This document shows, piece by piece, positions 49,513-58,712 of a DNA stretch of 64,000 bases. Below the pieces are notes generated by a model that searched no databases, was not told where the DNA came from, and was given only the letters and a program-made list of their open reading frames with translations. The stretch's first letter is position 1; every line of letters begins with the position of its first letter. This DNA is from Escherichia coli (GTDB lineage: Bacteria > Pseudomonadota > Gammaproteobacteria > Enterobacterales > Enterobacteriaceae). Location of the stretch: the NCBI RefSeq assembly GCF_044324875.1, contig NZ_CP172185.1; one strand, given 5' to 3'. Made by a program: the position numbers and the translations under genes.

Positions 49513-50083
49513 GCCATTACAACTCCCGCCACCGCTTGAGGGTGATATCAGTCTCAGGACGCTGGGAAGACTGGCAGGACGGCTGGATAACATCGACCTG
49601 AGCGTACTGATGGTCTTTCTCGTCGATATCGTCGACAGTTCCGCGCTGCCATGGCTGGGCGAGCAGTTCTCACTGTCTGGCGATGGCTGGGAGCTGGCGG
49701 AATCGGACGATGTTCGCCGCATGCTTATAAAAGCAGCCATCGAACTGCACCGGTATAAAGGGACGCCGTGGTCAATCCGGGAAGTTATCCGCCGTTTTGG
49801 CTTTGGTGAAGTGGATCTGATTGAAGGCACAGGTCGTCTCAGTTACGACGGCAATCGCAGCTATAACGGACTGTTTGTTCATGGAGATGCAGCCGCCTGG
49901 GCAGTTTATCGCGTTATTCTGAAACAGCCCATTACTAACGATCAGGCCGCGATGCTGCGTCAGACGCTGGCTGCATTTGCACCGGCCCGCTGCCATCTGG
50001 CCAGCCTGGAGTATCAGTCTGTGGCCATTCGCTATAACAATACCGCCATCCATGATGGCAGTTATAACCACGGGAGCAGTTGA
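49493..50083 (+). CDS. tail protein (gpI-like)
   Basis: 196-aa ORF before tail fibre. Confidence 0.55.
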   Translation: MECLMTEPLQLPPPLEGDISLRTLGRLAGRLDNIDLSVLMVFLVDIVDSSALPWLGEQFSLSGDGWELAESDDVRRMLIKAAIELHRYKGTPWSIREVIRRFGFGEVDLIEGTGRLSYDGNRSYNGLFVHGDAAAWAVYRVILKQPITNDQAAMLRQTLAAFAPARCHLASLEYQSVAIRYNNTAIHDGSYNHGSS

Positions 50084-51798
50084 TTATGGGAAACCTGAAT
50101 GAAACAGAAAAGTGGGAAGAAAATATCTATCAACTGGAGACATCAGATCCGGTTCTGGGTGGTGCAGACGGGATATCAAATCGAGCCCCCCGGCAACTGG
50201 CAAACAGGACGAAATGGCTGAAGAAGAAAACGGAGGAAGCCGCACAGTCACTGGCTGAACACGTACGTTCCCGTAACCACCCGGACGCGACACTGACAGC
50301 TAAGGGGTTCACCCAACTGAGCAGTGCCACCAACAGCACCTCTGAAACGCTGGCCGCCACACCAAAAGCGGTCAAGGCTGCATACGACCTGGCAGCCGGC
50401 AAGGCGCCTGCCAGCCACACTCACCCGTGGAGTCAGATAACGGGAGTGCCTGCGGCTTCACTGACGGCAAAAGGCACCGTACAACTGAGCAGCGCCACGG
50501 ACAGTCAATCAGAAACTGAGGCTGCCACGCCGAAGGCTGTGAAAATCGCGTATGATCTGGCCCGGGGAAAATACACAGCCCAGGATGCAACAACGACCCG
50601 TAAAGGGATCGTACAACTGAGCAGTGCCATCAACAGCACGTCTGAAACGCTGGCCGCCACACCGAAAGCGGTCAAGGCTGCATACGACCTGGCAGCCGGC
50701 AAGGCGCCTGCCAGCCACACTCACCCGTGGAGTCAGATAACGGGAGTGCCTGCGGCTTCACTGACGGCAAAAGGCACCGTACAACTGAGCAGCGCCACGG
50801 ACAGTCAATCAGAAACTGAGGCTGCCACGCCGAAGGCTGTGAAAATCGCGTATGATCTGGCCCGGGGAAAATACACAGCCCAGGATGCAACAACGACCCG
50901 TAAAGGGATCGTACAACTGAGCAGTGCCATCAACAGCACGTCTGAAACGCTGGCCGCCACACCGAAAGCGGTCAAGGCTGCATACGACCTGGCAGCCGGC
51001 AAGGCGCCTGCCAGCCACACTCACCCGTGGAGTCAGATAACGGGAGTGCCTGCGGCCTCGCTGACGGCAAAAGGCACCGTACAACTGAGCAGTGCCATCA
51101 ACAGCACGTCTGAAATACTGGCCGCCACACCGAAAGCGGTCAAGGCTGCATACGATCTGGCAAACGGAAAACAACCGGCAGATGCCACGCTCACTGCTCT
51201 GGCAGGACTTGCCACTGCAGCAGATCGGTTGCCTTATTTTACCGGAGCAGACCGCGCAGCGCTGGCAACCCTTACAGCTATTGGTCGCGCTATTATCGCT
51301 AAGGGCAGTATAAAAGATGTCCTCAATTACCTTGGTTTGGGGGAAGGCTCTGCATTGCCTGTTGGTGTACCGGTTCCATGGCCCACCGCCACACCGCCAG
51401 CAGGCTGGTTACAGTGCAACGGAGCTACGTTCACCAAAGAACAATATCCTGTTCTGGCCAGAGTCTACCCGACCCTCCGTCTTCCCGATTTGCGCGGTGA
51501 GTTTATCCGTGGATGGGACGGTGGTCGCAAGGTTGATACCGGGCGTGCGCTACTTTCATTTCAGGAAGGGACTATCGTATCCGGTTTTGATGATAATGAT
51601 ACCGGAGATATCAGTTCGCTCGGCTCTACACAATACGGATTTGGTGACGCTTTAACCTCTAATCAACTGGGGGTCATAAATGGCAAAAAGTGGATATTTG
51701 ATGCATCCTCTAAAGGTGCACAAAGATATGACTGGTGGGCTTATGTATCAGCTCGCCCCCGCAATATCGCATTTAACTATATCGTGAGGGCGGCGTGA
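50080..51798 (+). CDS. side tail fibre protein (Stf-like) with invertible variable C-terminus
   Basis: 572-aa ORF with repeated TAKGxVQLSSAxNSTSETLAATPKAVK motifs, PWP region and C-terminal NIAFNYIVRAA as in lambda Stf. Confidence 0.8.
   Translation: MIMGNLNETEKWEENIYQLETSDPVLGGADGISNRAPRQLANRTKWLKKKTEEAAQSLAEHVRSRNHPDATLTAKGFTQLSSATNSTSETLAATPKAVKAAYDLAAGKAPASHTHPWSQITGVPAASLTAKGTVQLSSATDSQSETEAATPKAVKIAYDLARGKYTAQDATTTRKGIVQLSSAINSTSETLAATPKAVKAAYDLAAGKAPASHTHPWSQITGVPAASLTAKGTVQLSSATDSQSETEAATPKAVKIAYDLARGKYTAQDATTTRKGIVQLSSAINSTSETLAATPKAVKAAYDLAAGKAPASHTHPWSQITGVPAASLTAKGTVQLSSAINSTSEILAATPKAVKAAYDLANGKQPADATLTALAGLATAADRLPYFTGADRAALATLTAIGRAIIAKGSIKDVLNYLGLGEGSALPVGVPVPWPTATPPAGWLQCNGATFTKEQYPVLARVYPTLRLPDLRGEFIRGWDGGRKVDTGRALLSFQEGTIVSGFDDNDTGDISSLGSTQYGFGDALTSNQLGVINGKKWIFDASSKGAQRYDWWAYVSARPRNIAFNYIVRAA
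50287..51178 (+). repeat. tandem repeats in tail fibre gene (300-bp units, near-identical, with ~100-bp sub-repeats)
   Basis: Identical reverse-frame ORFs 50372..50593 and 50672..50893 show an exact 300-bp period; protein repeat of about 100 aa x3. Confidence 0.75.
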
Positions 51799-51804
51799 TA
51801 CCGT

Positions 51805-52419
51805 TCAGCCGGCAAGCGCCAGTGGCGCTTCCGGCCAGCTGATTTCAGGTGCCTTGCTGATATCCAGTGCGTTCAGCTCGTCGATATAATCCAGCACGGC
51901 GTTCAGTTTTGCCGTTTCTTCTGGTTTCAGACTGCGACCTGCCCGCAGTTTGAGGTTGATGAGGTCGATGGACTTCATCGCCTGATCCACCCGTTCCTGG
52001 CGTTGCAGTCTGGCAACCTCCAGCTCTGCGGCTCGCTGCCGTTCAGTATCGGTTACCCACGCCTCACCGTTCCAGGTATCCCATGGCGTGGCCGGCTGTT
52101 TTGTGGTGGTGTCCGCCGGGTAATCACCCGGCTGGGTAATCTGAACGGGAGTACCGTTCTCCGTGCTGTATACCGTCTCGCCGCGGTGATCAGGCACATG
52201 TTCCCACCCGTTCAGCGTGGCAGTCCGGCAAACCACGTAACCCGAAATTGCCTCCGGCGGTGCATCGGCGCACGAATGTGCCGGAGTACCCACCCCAAGG
52301 GCGAGATACTCCACAGAGGATGAGGTGTATTCCCGGGTTTCCTCGTCATAGTGATATACAGTGATATCGCCCGCTACAGTGGCGATACCGTTTTCATCCA
52401 GAACTGCAGTGTTACTCAT
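51805..52419 (-). CDS. tail fibre assembly protein (Tfa/U-like), cognate to the alternative fibre tip
   Basis: 204-aa ORF of Tfa type downstream of the alternative fibre C-terminus on the minus strand. Confidence 0.7.
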   Translation of the reverse strand: MSNTAVLDENGIATVAGDITVYHYDEETREYTSSSVEYLALGVGTPAHSCADAPPEAISGYVVCRTATLNGWEHVPDHRGETVYSTENGTPVQITQPGDYPADTTTKQPATPWDTWNGEAWVTDTERQRAAELEVARLQRQERVDQAMKSIDLINLKLRAGRSLKPEETAKLNAVLDYIDELNALDISKAPEISWPEAPLALAG

Positions 52420-52901
52420 TAAACTGCCCTCACAATGTAATTAAGTGCAATGCTACGGGGTCTGACAGTGATACCCTTCGCATACCCGCTTCTGATAGAG
52501 GTCAGAATAGTAGCCTGCATACCATTGTCTGACATTGCCACGACAGGATCGCTGAATGTTGTCCCGTCCGGCATTTTAAAGCTGCCCTCACGAAGGTCTG
52601 TAATGGAATCTTCATTGTTGAATCCCATGCCGACTATCCCCGAGGTTCCCGTAGTGTCCTGGTTATAATAATCCAGCATTGCTGTTCTTAACAGCGTTGC
52701 CCCTTGTGCGGACAGCAACTTACGTCCTGTATCAACTTTGCGCCCGTCGTCCCATCCACGGATAAACTCACCGCGCAAATCGGGAAGACGGAGGGTCGGG
52801 TAGGCTCTGGCCAGAACAGGATATTGTTCTTTTGTAAAGGCGCGCCCGTCGCACTTTAACCAGCCTGCTGGCGGTGTGGCGGTGGGCCACGGAACAGGCA
52901 C
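52419..52901 (-). CDS. alternative tail fibre C-terminal cassette (promoterless in current orientation)
   Basis: Begins PVPWPTATPPAGWL..., paralogous to the plus-strand fibre tip, ends NYIVRAV; lies inside the invertible segment. Confidence 0.7.
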   Translation of the reverse strand: MPVPWPTATPPAGWLKCDGRAFTKEQYPVLARAYPTLRLPDLRGEFIRGWDDGRKVDTGRKLLSAQGATLLRTAMLDYYNQDTTGTSGIVGMGFNNEDSITDLREGSFKMPDGTTFSDPVVAMSDNGMQATILTSIRSGYAKGITVRPRSIALNYIVRAV

Positions 52902-53002
52902 ACCAACGGGTAGCGCCGAGCCTTCTCCTAAACCAACGTTTATCTCTCAAATCCTCCTCACATTATCTCAGTACTTTAACCACTCAAAAGGGAGTATTTT
53001 TA

Positions 53003-53575
53003 ATGCTGATTGGCTACATACGTGTGTCAACAAATGACCAAAACACAGATTTGCAACGCAATGCATTAATGTGCGCAGGATGTGAACAGATTTTTGAGGA
53101 CAAAATGAGCGGAACCAAGTCGGAACGACCAGGCCTGAAACGCGCTTTAAAGTGCCTTAAAAGAGGGGATACATTGGTGGTCTGGAAGCTGGATCGGTTG
53201 GGTAGAAGAATGAAACACCTCATTGCTCTCACAGAAGAGCTACGCGCAAAAGGTGTCAATTTTCGCAGTCTGACGGATTCAATCGATACCAGCACTCCGA
53301 TGGGAAGGTTCTTTTTTCATATGATGGGTGCACTGGCAGAAATGGAGCGTGAACTGATAGTTGAGCGCACGCTGGCAGGACTGGCTGCTGCGCGAGCACA
53401 AGGGAGAGTTGGAGGACGTCGCCCGAAACTGACGAAGGAGCAGCATGAGCAGATCGCAAGATTGCTCCAGAAAGGGTATGACAGAAAGCGGCTGGCAATT
53501 ATCTATGATATTGGACTGTCAACGATCTACCGCTATCACCCTGTTGGGACTGTCATAACGGAACCTGAAATGTAA
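53003..53575 (+). CDS. gin: Gin/Hin/Cin-family serine DNA invertase
   Basis: MLIGYIRVSTNDQNTDLQRNAL... closely matches Mu Gin; ATG at 53003 with AAAGGGAG SD. Confidence 0.9.
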   Translation: MLIGYIRVSTNDQNTDLQRNALMCAGCEQIFEDKMSGTKSERPGLKRALKCLKRGDTLVVWKLDRLGRRMKHLIALTEELRAKGVNFRSLTDSIDTSTPMGRFFFHMMGALAEMERELIVERTLAGLAAARAQGRVGGRRPKLTKEQHEQIARLLQKGYDRKRLAIIYDIGLSTIYRYHPVGTVITEPEM

Positions 53576-53610
53576 TTCTTTTTCAAATAATGAAACGCCG
53601 CGTGGATGCC

Positions 53611-53640
53611 ATTTATCGCACAAGATAGAGCGCATTTATC
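53611..53640. repeat. right-end terminal repeats (ATTTATC x2), putative transposase binding sites
   Basis: CATTTATC at 53611-53617 and 53634-53640, inverted relative to left-end GATAAAT motifs. Confidence 0.4.
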
Positions 53641-53659
53641 GCGCGGCGCATCACGGAGG

Positions 53660-54575
53660 AGCCTGGTTTGCACAACAAATCAGCCAACGGATACGCGATA
53701 AAATCGGCGAATCGGTTGATCCCTCAGCCATGCAAGAGGCGTTATGGGCGCTGGTCTGGCAAGGCGTCATCACCAGCGACATTTGGGCACCGTTACGCGC
53801 CCTCACCCGCAGCAGTTCCAACGCACGCACCTCGACTCGCCGCAGTCACCGGGCTCGTCGTGGGCGTCCTGTCTATGCACAACCCGTCTCGCCACGGGTA
53901 TCTTACAACACACCAAATCTTGCTGGACGCTGGTCGTTATTGCAGGTGGAGCCACTAAACGATACCGAAAGGATGCTGGCGCTGGCGGAAAATATGCTCG
54001 ACCGCTACGGCATCATCAGTCGTCAGGCGGTGATAGCCGAAAATATCCCTGGCGGGTTTCCATCGATGCAAACGCTTTGTCGAAGTATGGAAGACTCCGG
54101 GCGAATTATGCGAGGTCGTTTTGTAGAAGGTCTGGGGGGTGCGCAATTCGCTGAACGTCTGACTATTGACCGATTGCGCGATCTGGCGACACAAGCCACG
54201 CAAACGCGCCACTATACACCAGTGGCGCTCTCCGCCAACGATCCGGCTAATGTGTGGGGAAATCTTCTGCCCTGGCCTGCACATCCGGCAACGCTGGTTC
54301 CAACGCGTCGGGCGGGTGCGCTGGTGGTCGTTTCTGGCGGCAAATTGTTACTCTATCTGGCGCAAGGCGGCAAAAAAATGCTGGTCTGGCAGGAAAAAGA
54401 TGAATTACTCGCCCCAGAGATTTTCCAGGCGCTGACCACCGCACTGCGTCGCGAACCACGGCTGCGCTTTACGCTAACAGAAGTGAATGATCTACCGGTC
54501 CGGCAAACGCCGATGTTTACGCTGCTGCGTGAGGCGGGATTTTCAAGTTCGCCACAAGGGCTGGATTGGGGATAG
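53660..54575 (+). pseudogene. lhr: lhr 3' portion downstream of prophage
   Basis: Frame continues from the junction through ORF 53730..54575; 5' plus 3' parts total 4617 nt. Confidence 0.85.
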
Positions 54576-54592
54576 ATAAAGAACTGACGGAT

Positions 54593-54616
54593 GCCCGTTC
54601 GCATCCGTCAGTACTG
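54593..54616. terminator. hairpin between convergent lhr and grxD
   Basis: Stem GACGGATGC / GCATCCGTC. Confidence 0.4.
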
Positions 54617-54625
54617 CAGGACGGA

Positions 54626-54973
54626 TTATTCCGCGTCCGGCTCTTCAGACTTGTATTTAGCGGCAGTTTCTTTGATCAGCTGCTGCAGTTCGCCACGCTG
54701 ATACATTTCGATCACGATATCACAACCGCCGACCAGCTCGCCGTCAACCCACAGTTGCGGGAAAGTCGGCCAGTTAGCATATTTCGGCAGTTCCGCACGA
54801 ATGTCCGGATTCTGCAGAATATCAACATAGGCAAAACGTTCGCCACATGCGGCAAGCGCCTGGACTGCCTGGGCAGAGAAACCGCAGCTCGGCAGTTTCG
54901 GTGAACCTTTCATGTACAGCAGGATCGGGTTTTCAGCAATCTGGCGTTGGATTTTTTCGATAGTGGTGCTCAT
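54626..54973 (-). CDS. grxD: monothiol glutaredoxin Grx4
   Basis: 115-aa ORF with CGFS active site (PSCGFS); recognised. Confidence 0.93.
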   Translation of the reverse strand: MSTTIEKIQRQIAENPILLYMKGSPKLPSCGFSAQAVQALAACGERFAYVDILQNPDIRAELPKYANWPTFPQLWVDGELVGGCDIVIEMYQRGELQQLIKETAAKYKSEEPDAE

Positions 54974-55307
54974 TGTCTTGCTTCCTCAAACTTCTTTACG
55001 GCAGTAATCTGACATTGTAGCGGGTCAGTGCGGCATCGGAAAATAACATTTTCATCACGCTTTTGCTATTTTATCCCTTTGCTCTATTTGTTGCATTTCA
55101 AATATTCGTTTCTTCCCTGACGCAAGGCAAACTGGCGTATTTATGACCATTTTTAGCTTTCACTGCTGCATTTTTTTGCGCTCGCCGACGAAACGTATTT
55201 TTTAACAATAAAAGCTATTAACTTTCTCTTCTTCTATGCATTAGAATCATCAAGTTTTGTAAATCAGACGCAGGCATGATAGACCTGCCTTAACAGAGGG
55301 ACGCTCA

Positions 55308-56135
55308 GTGGCGCGGATAAACCGTATTTCGATCACGCTCTGTGCTTTACTTTTTACCACCCTGCCTTTAACGCCTATGGCCCATGCTTCAAAGCAAGCC
55401 AGGGAGAGTTCTGCTACTACTCATATCACCAAAAAAGCAGATAAAAAGAAAAGCACGGCAACCACCAAAAAGACCCAGAAAGCCAGCCAGAAAACAGCGA
55501 AAAAAGCCGCCAGTAAAAGTACGATCAAAAGCAAAACCGCTTCTTCCGTTAAAAAATCTTCCATTACCGCTTCTAAAAACGCCAAAACTCGCAGCAAACA
55601 CGCCGTCAATAAAACGGCCTCAGCCAGCTTTACCGAAAAGTGTACCAAACGTAAGGGCTATAAATCGCATTGTGTGAAAGTCAAAAATGCCGCGTCAGGA
55701 ACTCTTGCCGACGCGCACAAAGCGAAGGTGCAAAAAGCCACGAAAGTGGCAATGAATAAACTGATGCAGCAAATTGGTAAGCCATATCGTTGGGGTGGCA
55801 GCTCACCGCGTACCGGTTTTGATTGCAGCGGCCTGGTTTATTACGCTTATAAAGATTTGGTGAAAATTCGTATTCCGCGTACAGCGAATGAAATGTATCA
55901 CCTGCGTGATGCAGCACCTATCGAACGTAGTGAGCTGAAAAACGGCGACCTGGTCTTTTTCCGTACTCAGGGACGCGGTACAGCCGATCATGTCGGCGTG
56001 TATGTCGGCAACGGCAAATTTATTCAGTCACCGCGTACGGGTCAGGAAATTCAAATCACTTCTCTCAGTGAAGACTACTGGCAGCGCCACTATGTTGGCG
56101 CTCGCCGGGTAATGACCCCAAAAACACTTCGCTAA
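55308..56135 (+). CDS. mepH: NlpC/P60-family peptidoglycan endopeptidase
   Basis: Signal peptide, Lys/Thr-rich linker, NlpC/P60 domain with catalytic Cys (DCSGLV). Confidence 0.85.
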   Translation: MARINRISITLCALLFTTLPLTPMAHASKQARESSATTHITKKADKKKSTATTKKTQKASQKTAKKAASKSTIKSKTASSVKKSSITASKNAKTRSKHAVNKTASASFTEKCTKRKGYKSHCVKVKNAASGTLADAHKAKVQKATKVAMNKLMQQIGKPYRWGGSSPRTGFDCSGLVYYAYKDLVKIRIPRTANEMYHLRDAAPIERSELKNGDLVFFRTQGRGTADHVGVYVGNGKFIQSPRTGQEIQITSLSEDYWQRHYVGARRVMTPKTLR

Positions 56136-56262
56136 AACTTTACCCTGTTGTTACGGCAACAGGGTAAGTTCATCTTTTGTCTCACCTTTTAATTTGCTAC
56201 CCTATCCATACGCACAATAAGGCTATTGTACGTATGCAAATTAATAATAAAGGAGAGTAGCA

Positions 56263-56844
56263 ATGTCATTCGAATTACCTGCACTACCATATGCTAAAGA
56301 TGCTCTGGCACCGCACATTTCTGCGGAAACCATCGAGTATCACTACGGCAAGCATCATCAGACTTATGTCACTAACCTGAACAACCTGATTAAAGGTACC
56401 GCGTTTGAAGGTAAATCACTGGAAGAGATTATTCGCAGCTCTGAAGGTGGCGTATTCAACAACGCAGCTCAGGTCTGGAACCATACTTTCTACTGGAACT
56501 GCCTGGCACCGAACGCGGGTGGCGAACCGACTGGAAAAGTCGCTGAAGCTATCGCCGCATCTTTTGGCAGCTTTGCCGATTTCAAAGCACAGTTTACTGA
56601 TGCAGCAATCAAAAACTTTGGTTCTGGCTGGACCTGGCTGGTGAAAAACAGCGATGGCAAACTGGCTATCGTTTCAACCTCTAACGCGGGTACTCCGCTG
56701 ACCACCGATGCAACTCCGCTGCTGACCGTTGATGTCTGGGAACACGCTTATTACATCGACTATCGCAATGCACGTCCTGGCTATCTGGAGCACTTCTGGG
56801 CGCTGGTGAACTGGGAATTCGTAGCAAAAAATCTCGCTGCATAA
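56263..56844 (+). CDS. sodB: Fe superoxide dismutase
   Basis: 193-aa [35 protein letters not shown]...; recognised. Confidence 0.95.
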   Translation: MSFELPALPYAKDALAPHISAETIEYHYGKHHQTYVTNLNNLIKGTAFEGKSLEEIIRSSEGGVFNNAAQVWNHTFYWNCLAPNAGGEPTGKVAEAIAASFGSFADFKAQFTDAAIKNFGSGWTWLVKNSDGKLAIVSTSNAGTPLTTDATPLLTVDVWEHAYYIDYRNARPGYLEHFWALVNWEFVAKNLAA

Positions 56845-56867
56845 TAACTGATGGCAAATGCAACATT

Positions 56868-56927
56868 GCCTGATGCGCTTCGCTTACCATGCCAACTCGG
56901 ATGAAGCGTTAACACCGCATCCGGCAA
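56868..56927. repeat. REP-like palindromic element downstream of sodB
   Basis: GCCTGATGCG... and ...CGCATCCGGCA imperfect palindromic units. Confidence 0.4.
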
Positions 56928-56955
56928 GATAAATCGCACGTTGCCAGCAACTGTA

Positions 56956-56986
56956 ACGCAGAAGGTTATCCTTCTGCGTTTTTGTT
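56956..56986. terminator. rho-independent terminator between convergent sodB and ydhP
   Basis: Stem ACGCAGAAGG / CCTTCTGCGT, loop TTAT, then TTTTTGTTT. Confidence 0.6.
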
Positions 56987-56989
56987 TAA

Positions 56990-58159
56990 TTAGCTGTTGG
57001 CAACGCAAACTGCTTCAGGTTGTTTTCTGGCTGACATAAACACCAGCAATAATGCCAGTCCCGCGACAATCGCCCCCATCACCGGCACAAAACTGTATCC
57101 CAGCCCAGCGGAAATTACCGCACCACCAGCAGCTGCTCCCAGCGCATTTCCAAGATTAAAGGCACCAATATTGACTGATGAAGACAGACCTGGCGCTTCA
57201 CTGGCGACACGCATCACGCGCATCTGTAACGGCGGTACGACCGCAAAGGTTGCAGCTCCCCACACCACCATGCTAATAGCTGCGCCGAACTCATTGCGGG
57301 CCAGGAACGGGATTGCCAGCATAATCACCATCAGCAACAACAAAAAGCCTTTCAACGTGCTGTTAACTGAACGATCTGCCAGTTTGCCGCCGAGATAGTT
57401 ACCGATAGAGAATCCGACACCAATCAGCACCAGCATTGCCGTAACGAACACCGGTGTTGCGTGGGTAATACTTTGCAGTACCGGAGAGATATAGGTGTAG
57501 AGGGTAAACATTGCACCAGCTCCCAGTACCGTCGTCAGCAATGCAGACAGCACCTGCGGACGCATTAATACCGCCAGCTCTTTTTTCACTTCAGGTCGCG
57601 CCCCTGCGCCACCTTTAGGTAATGAGAAGAACAGACTTACCATTGAAATCACTCCCAGCCCCGCCGTTGCCAGAAATGACATCCGCCAGCCGATGGTTTC
57701 ACCCAACCAAGTCGCCGCCGGTACGCCACCGATATTTGCCAGGGTTAACCCCATAAACATAGTGGCAACTGCGCTGGCCTGTTTATGTTTTGGCACCACG
57801 CTTGCGGCCACAACTGAACCCAAACCAAAAAATGCTCCGTGATTCAGGCTGGTCAAAATGCGTGAAAGCATGAGAGTCATATAATCCGGCGCGATGGCGG
57901 AAAGTACGTTGCCGAGCGTGAAAATCGCCATCAGGAAAATCAACGCACTGCGGCGAGCACGATGAGAAAGTAGAAGCGTCATCAGCGGCGCGCCAACCAT
58001 TACGCCAACTGCATAGGCACTGATTAACATTCCGGCAGCGGGAATCGAGACATCCACACCGCGCGCAATGACGGGCAATAAGCCCATTGGCGAGAACTCC
58101 GTTGTCCCAATACCAAACGCACCAATCGCCAGCGCCAGCAACGGATAGTTAATTTTCAT
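56990..58159 (-). CDS. ydhP: MFS transporter
   Basis: 389-aa 12-TM ORF; synteny. Confidence 0.85.
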   Translation of the reverse strand: MKINYPLLALAIGAFGIGTTEFSPMGLLPVIARGVDVSIPAAGMLISAYAVGVMVGAPLMTLLLSHRARRSALIFLMAIFTLGNVLSAIAPDYMTLMLSRILTSLNHGAFFGLGSVVAASVVPKHKQASAVATMFMGLTLANIGGVPAATWLGETIGWRMSFLATAGLGVISMVSLFFSLPKGGAGARPEVKKELAVLMRPQVLSALLTTVLGAGAMFTLYTYISPVLQSITHATPVFVTAMLVLIGVGFSIGNYLGGKLADRSVNSTLKGFLLLLMVIMLAIPFLARNEFGAAISMVVWGAATFAVVPPLQMRVMRVASEAPGLSSSVNIGAFNLGNALGAAAGGAVISAGLGYSFVPVMGAIVAGLALLLVFMSARKQPEAVCVANS

Positions 58160-58324
58160 GCCTTATCTCCACCTCTTCGCGTCATTACGCGATATTCATT
58201 AAAGTGGCGAAAGCATGACAGCAATCACAAAAAAATGAAAATAACAAAAAGAGAAAACACTTTTGCCATTTTGCTAACAAACAGGAAGGAGATGCGAGGG
58301 AGAACGCGCTCCCTCGAGAGGAAA

Positions 58325-58414
58325 TCAGTGCAGCGCGGCAGTCAAACCCACGGCCACGATCAAACCGAGGACGATAATCGTTGTTACCAGTGAAAATTTA
58401 AGGTCGGTGCTCAT
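58325..58414 (-). CDS. ynhF: 29-aa small membrane protein
   Basis: Reverse-strand ORF MSTDLKFSLVTTIIVLGLIVAVGLTAALH between ydhP and purR. Confidence 0.65.
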   Translation of the reverse strand: MSTDLKFSLVTTIIVLGLIVAVGLTAALH

Positions 58415-58653
58415 CAAGTTTTCTCCTTTTTTATTACCACACAAAAAGTGATATTACGCATTTTTACACACTGTGATGAAAAAATCTCCCGTCATTTATA
58501 ATGATAAGTGTTTTTACCACTTCCCCTTTTCGTCAAGATCGGCCAAAATTCCACGCTTACACTATTTGCGTACTGGCCATTGACCCCTTCCTGACGCTCC
58601 GTGTCGTTTTTCCGGCGTACCGCAACACTTTTGTTGTGCGTAAGGTGTGTAAA

Positions 58654-58667
58654 GGCAAACGTTTACC
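58654..58667. promoter_or_regulatory. PUR box (PurR operator) in purR leader
   Basis: GGCAAACGTTTACC palindrome upstream of purR ATG. Confidence 0.5.
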
Positions 58668-58712
58668 TTGCGATTTTGCAGGAGCTGAAGTTAGGGTCTG
58701 GAGTGAAATGGA

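Larger units (their letters stand above)
51334..52936. other. Gin-invertible tail-fibre segment (G-segment analogue, ~1.6 kb)
   Basis: Inverted homology of about 200 bp (51335-51535 versus reverse complement of 52740-52940) with gix-like ACCTTGGTTT / AAACGTTGGTTT; adjacent gin. Confidence 0.55.
13285..53659. mobile_element. Mu-like transposable prophage (~40.4 kb including one TSD copy and an internal IS21-family element)
   Basis: Both junctions share CGGAGG (13279-13284 and 53654-53659); ends TGATCAG... / ...GCGCATCA with mirrored GATAAAT repeats; contains DDE transposase, MuB-like ATPase, Gam, Mor, GemA, Gin and full head/tail set. Confidence 0.85.

Noticed and set aside
50130-51215. Family of near-identical minus-strand ORFs (e.g. 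50372..50593, 50672..50893) that could suggest a repeated gene family or CRISPR-like array
   Set aside because: They are antisense shadows of the 300-bp tandem coding repeats in the tail-fibre gene; there are no unique spacers.
52874-53002. N-terminal extension of gin (ORF 52874..53575)
   Set aside because: Gin-family invertases are about 190 aa; ATG at 53003 has a strong SD and matches the conserved MLIGY start.
53668-54154. ORFs 53668..53958 and 53744..54154 as separate genes
   Set aside because: They are alternative-frame ORFs inside the lhr 3' coding segment.
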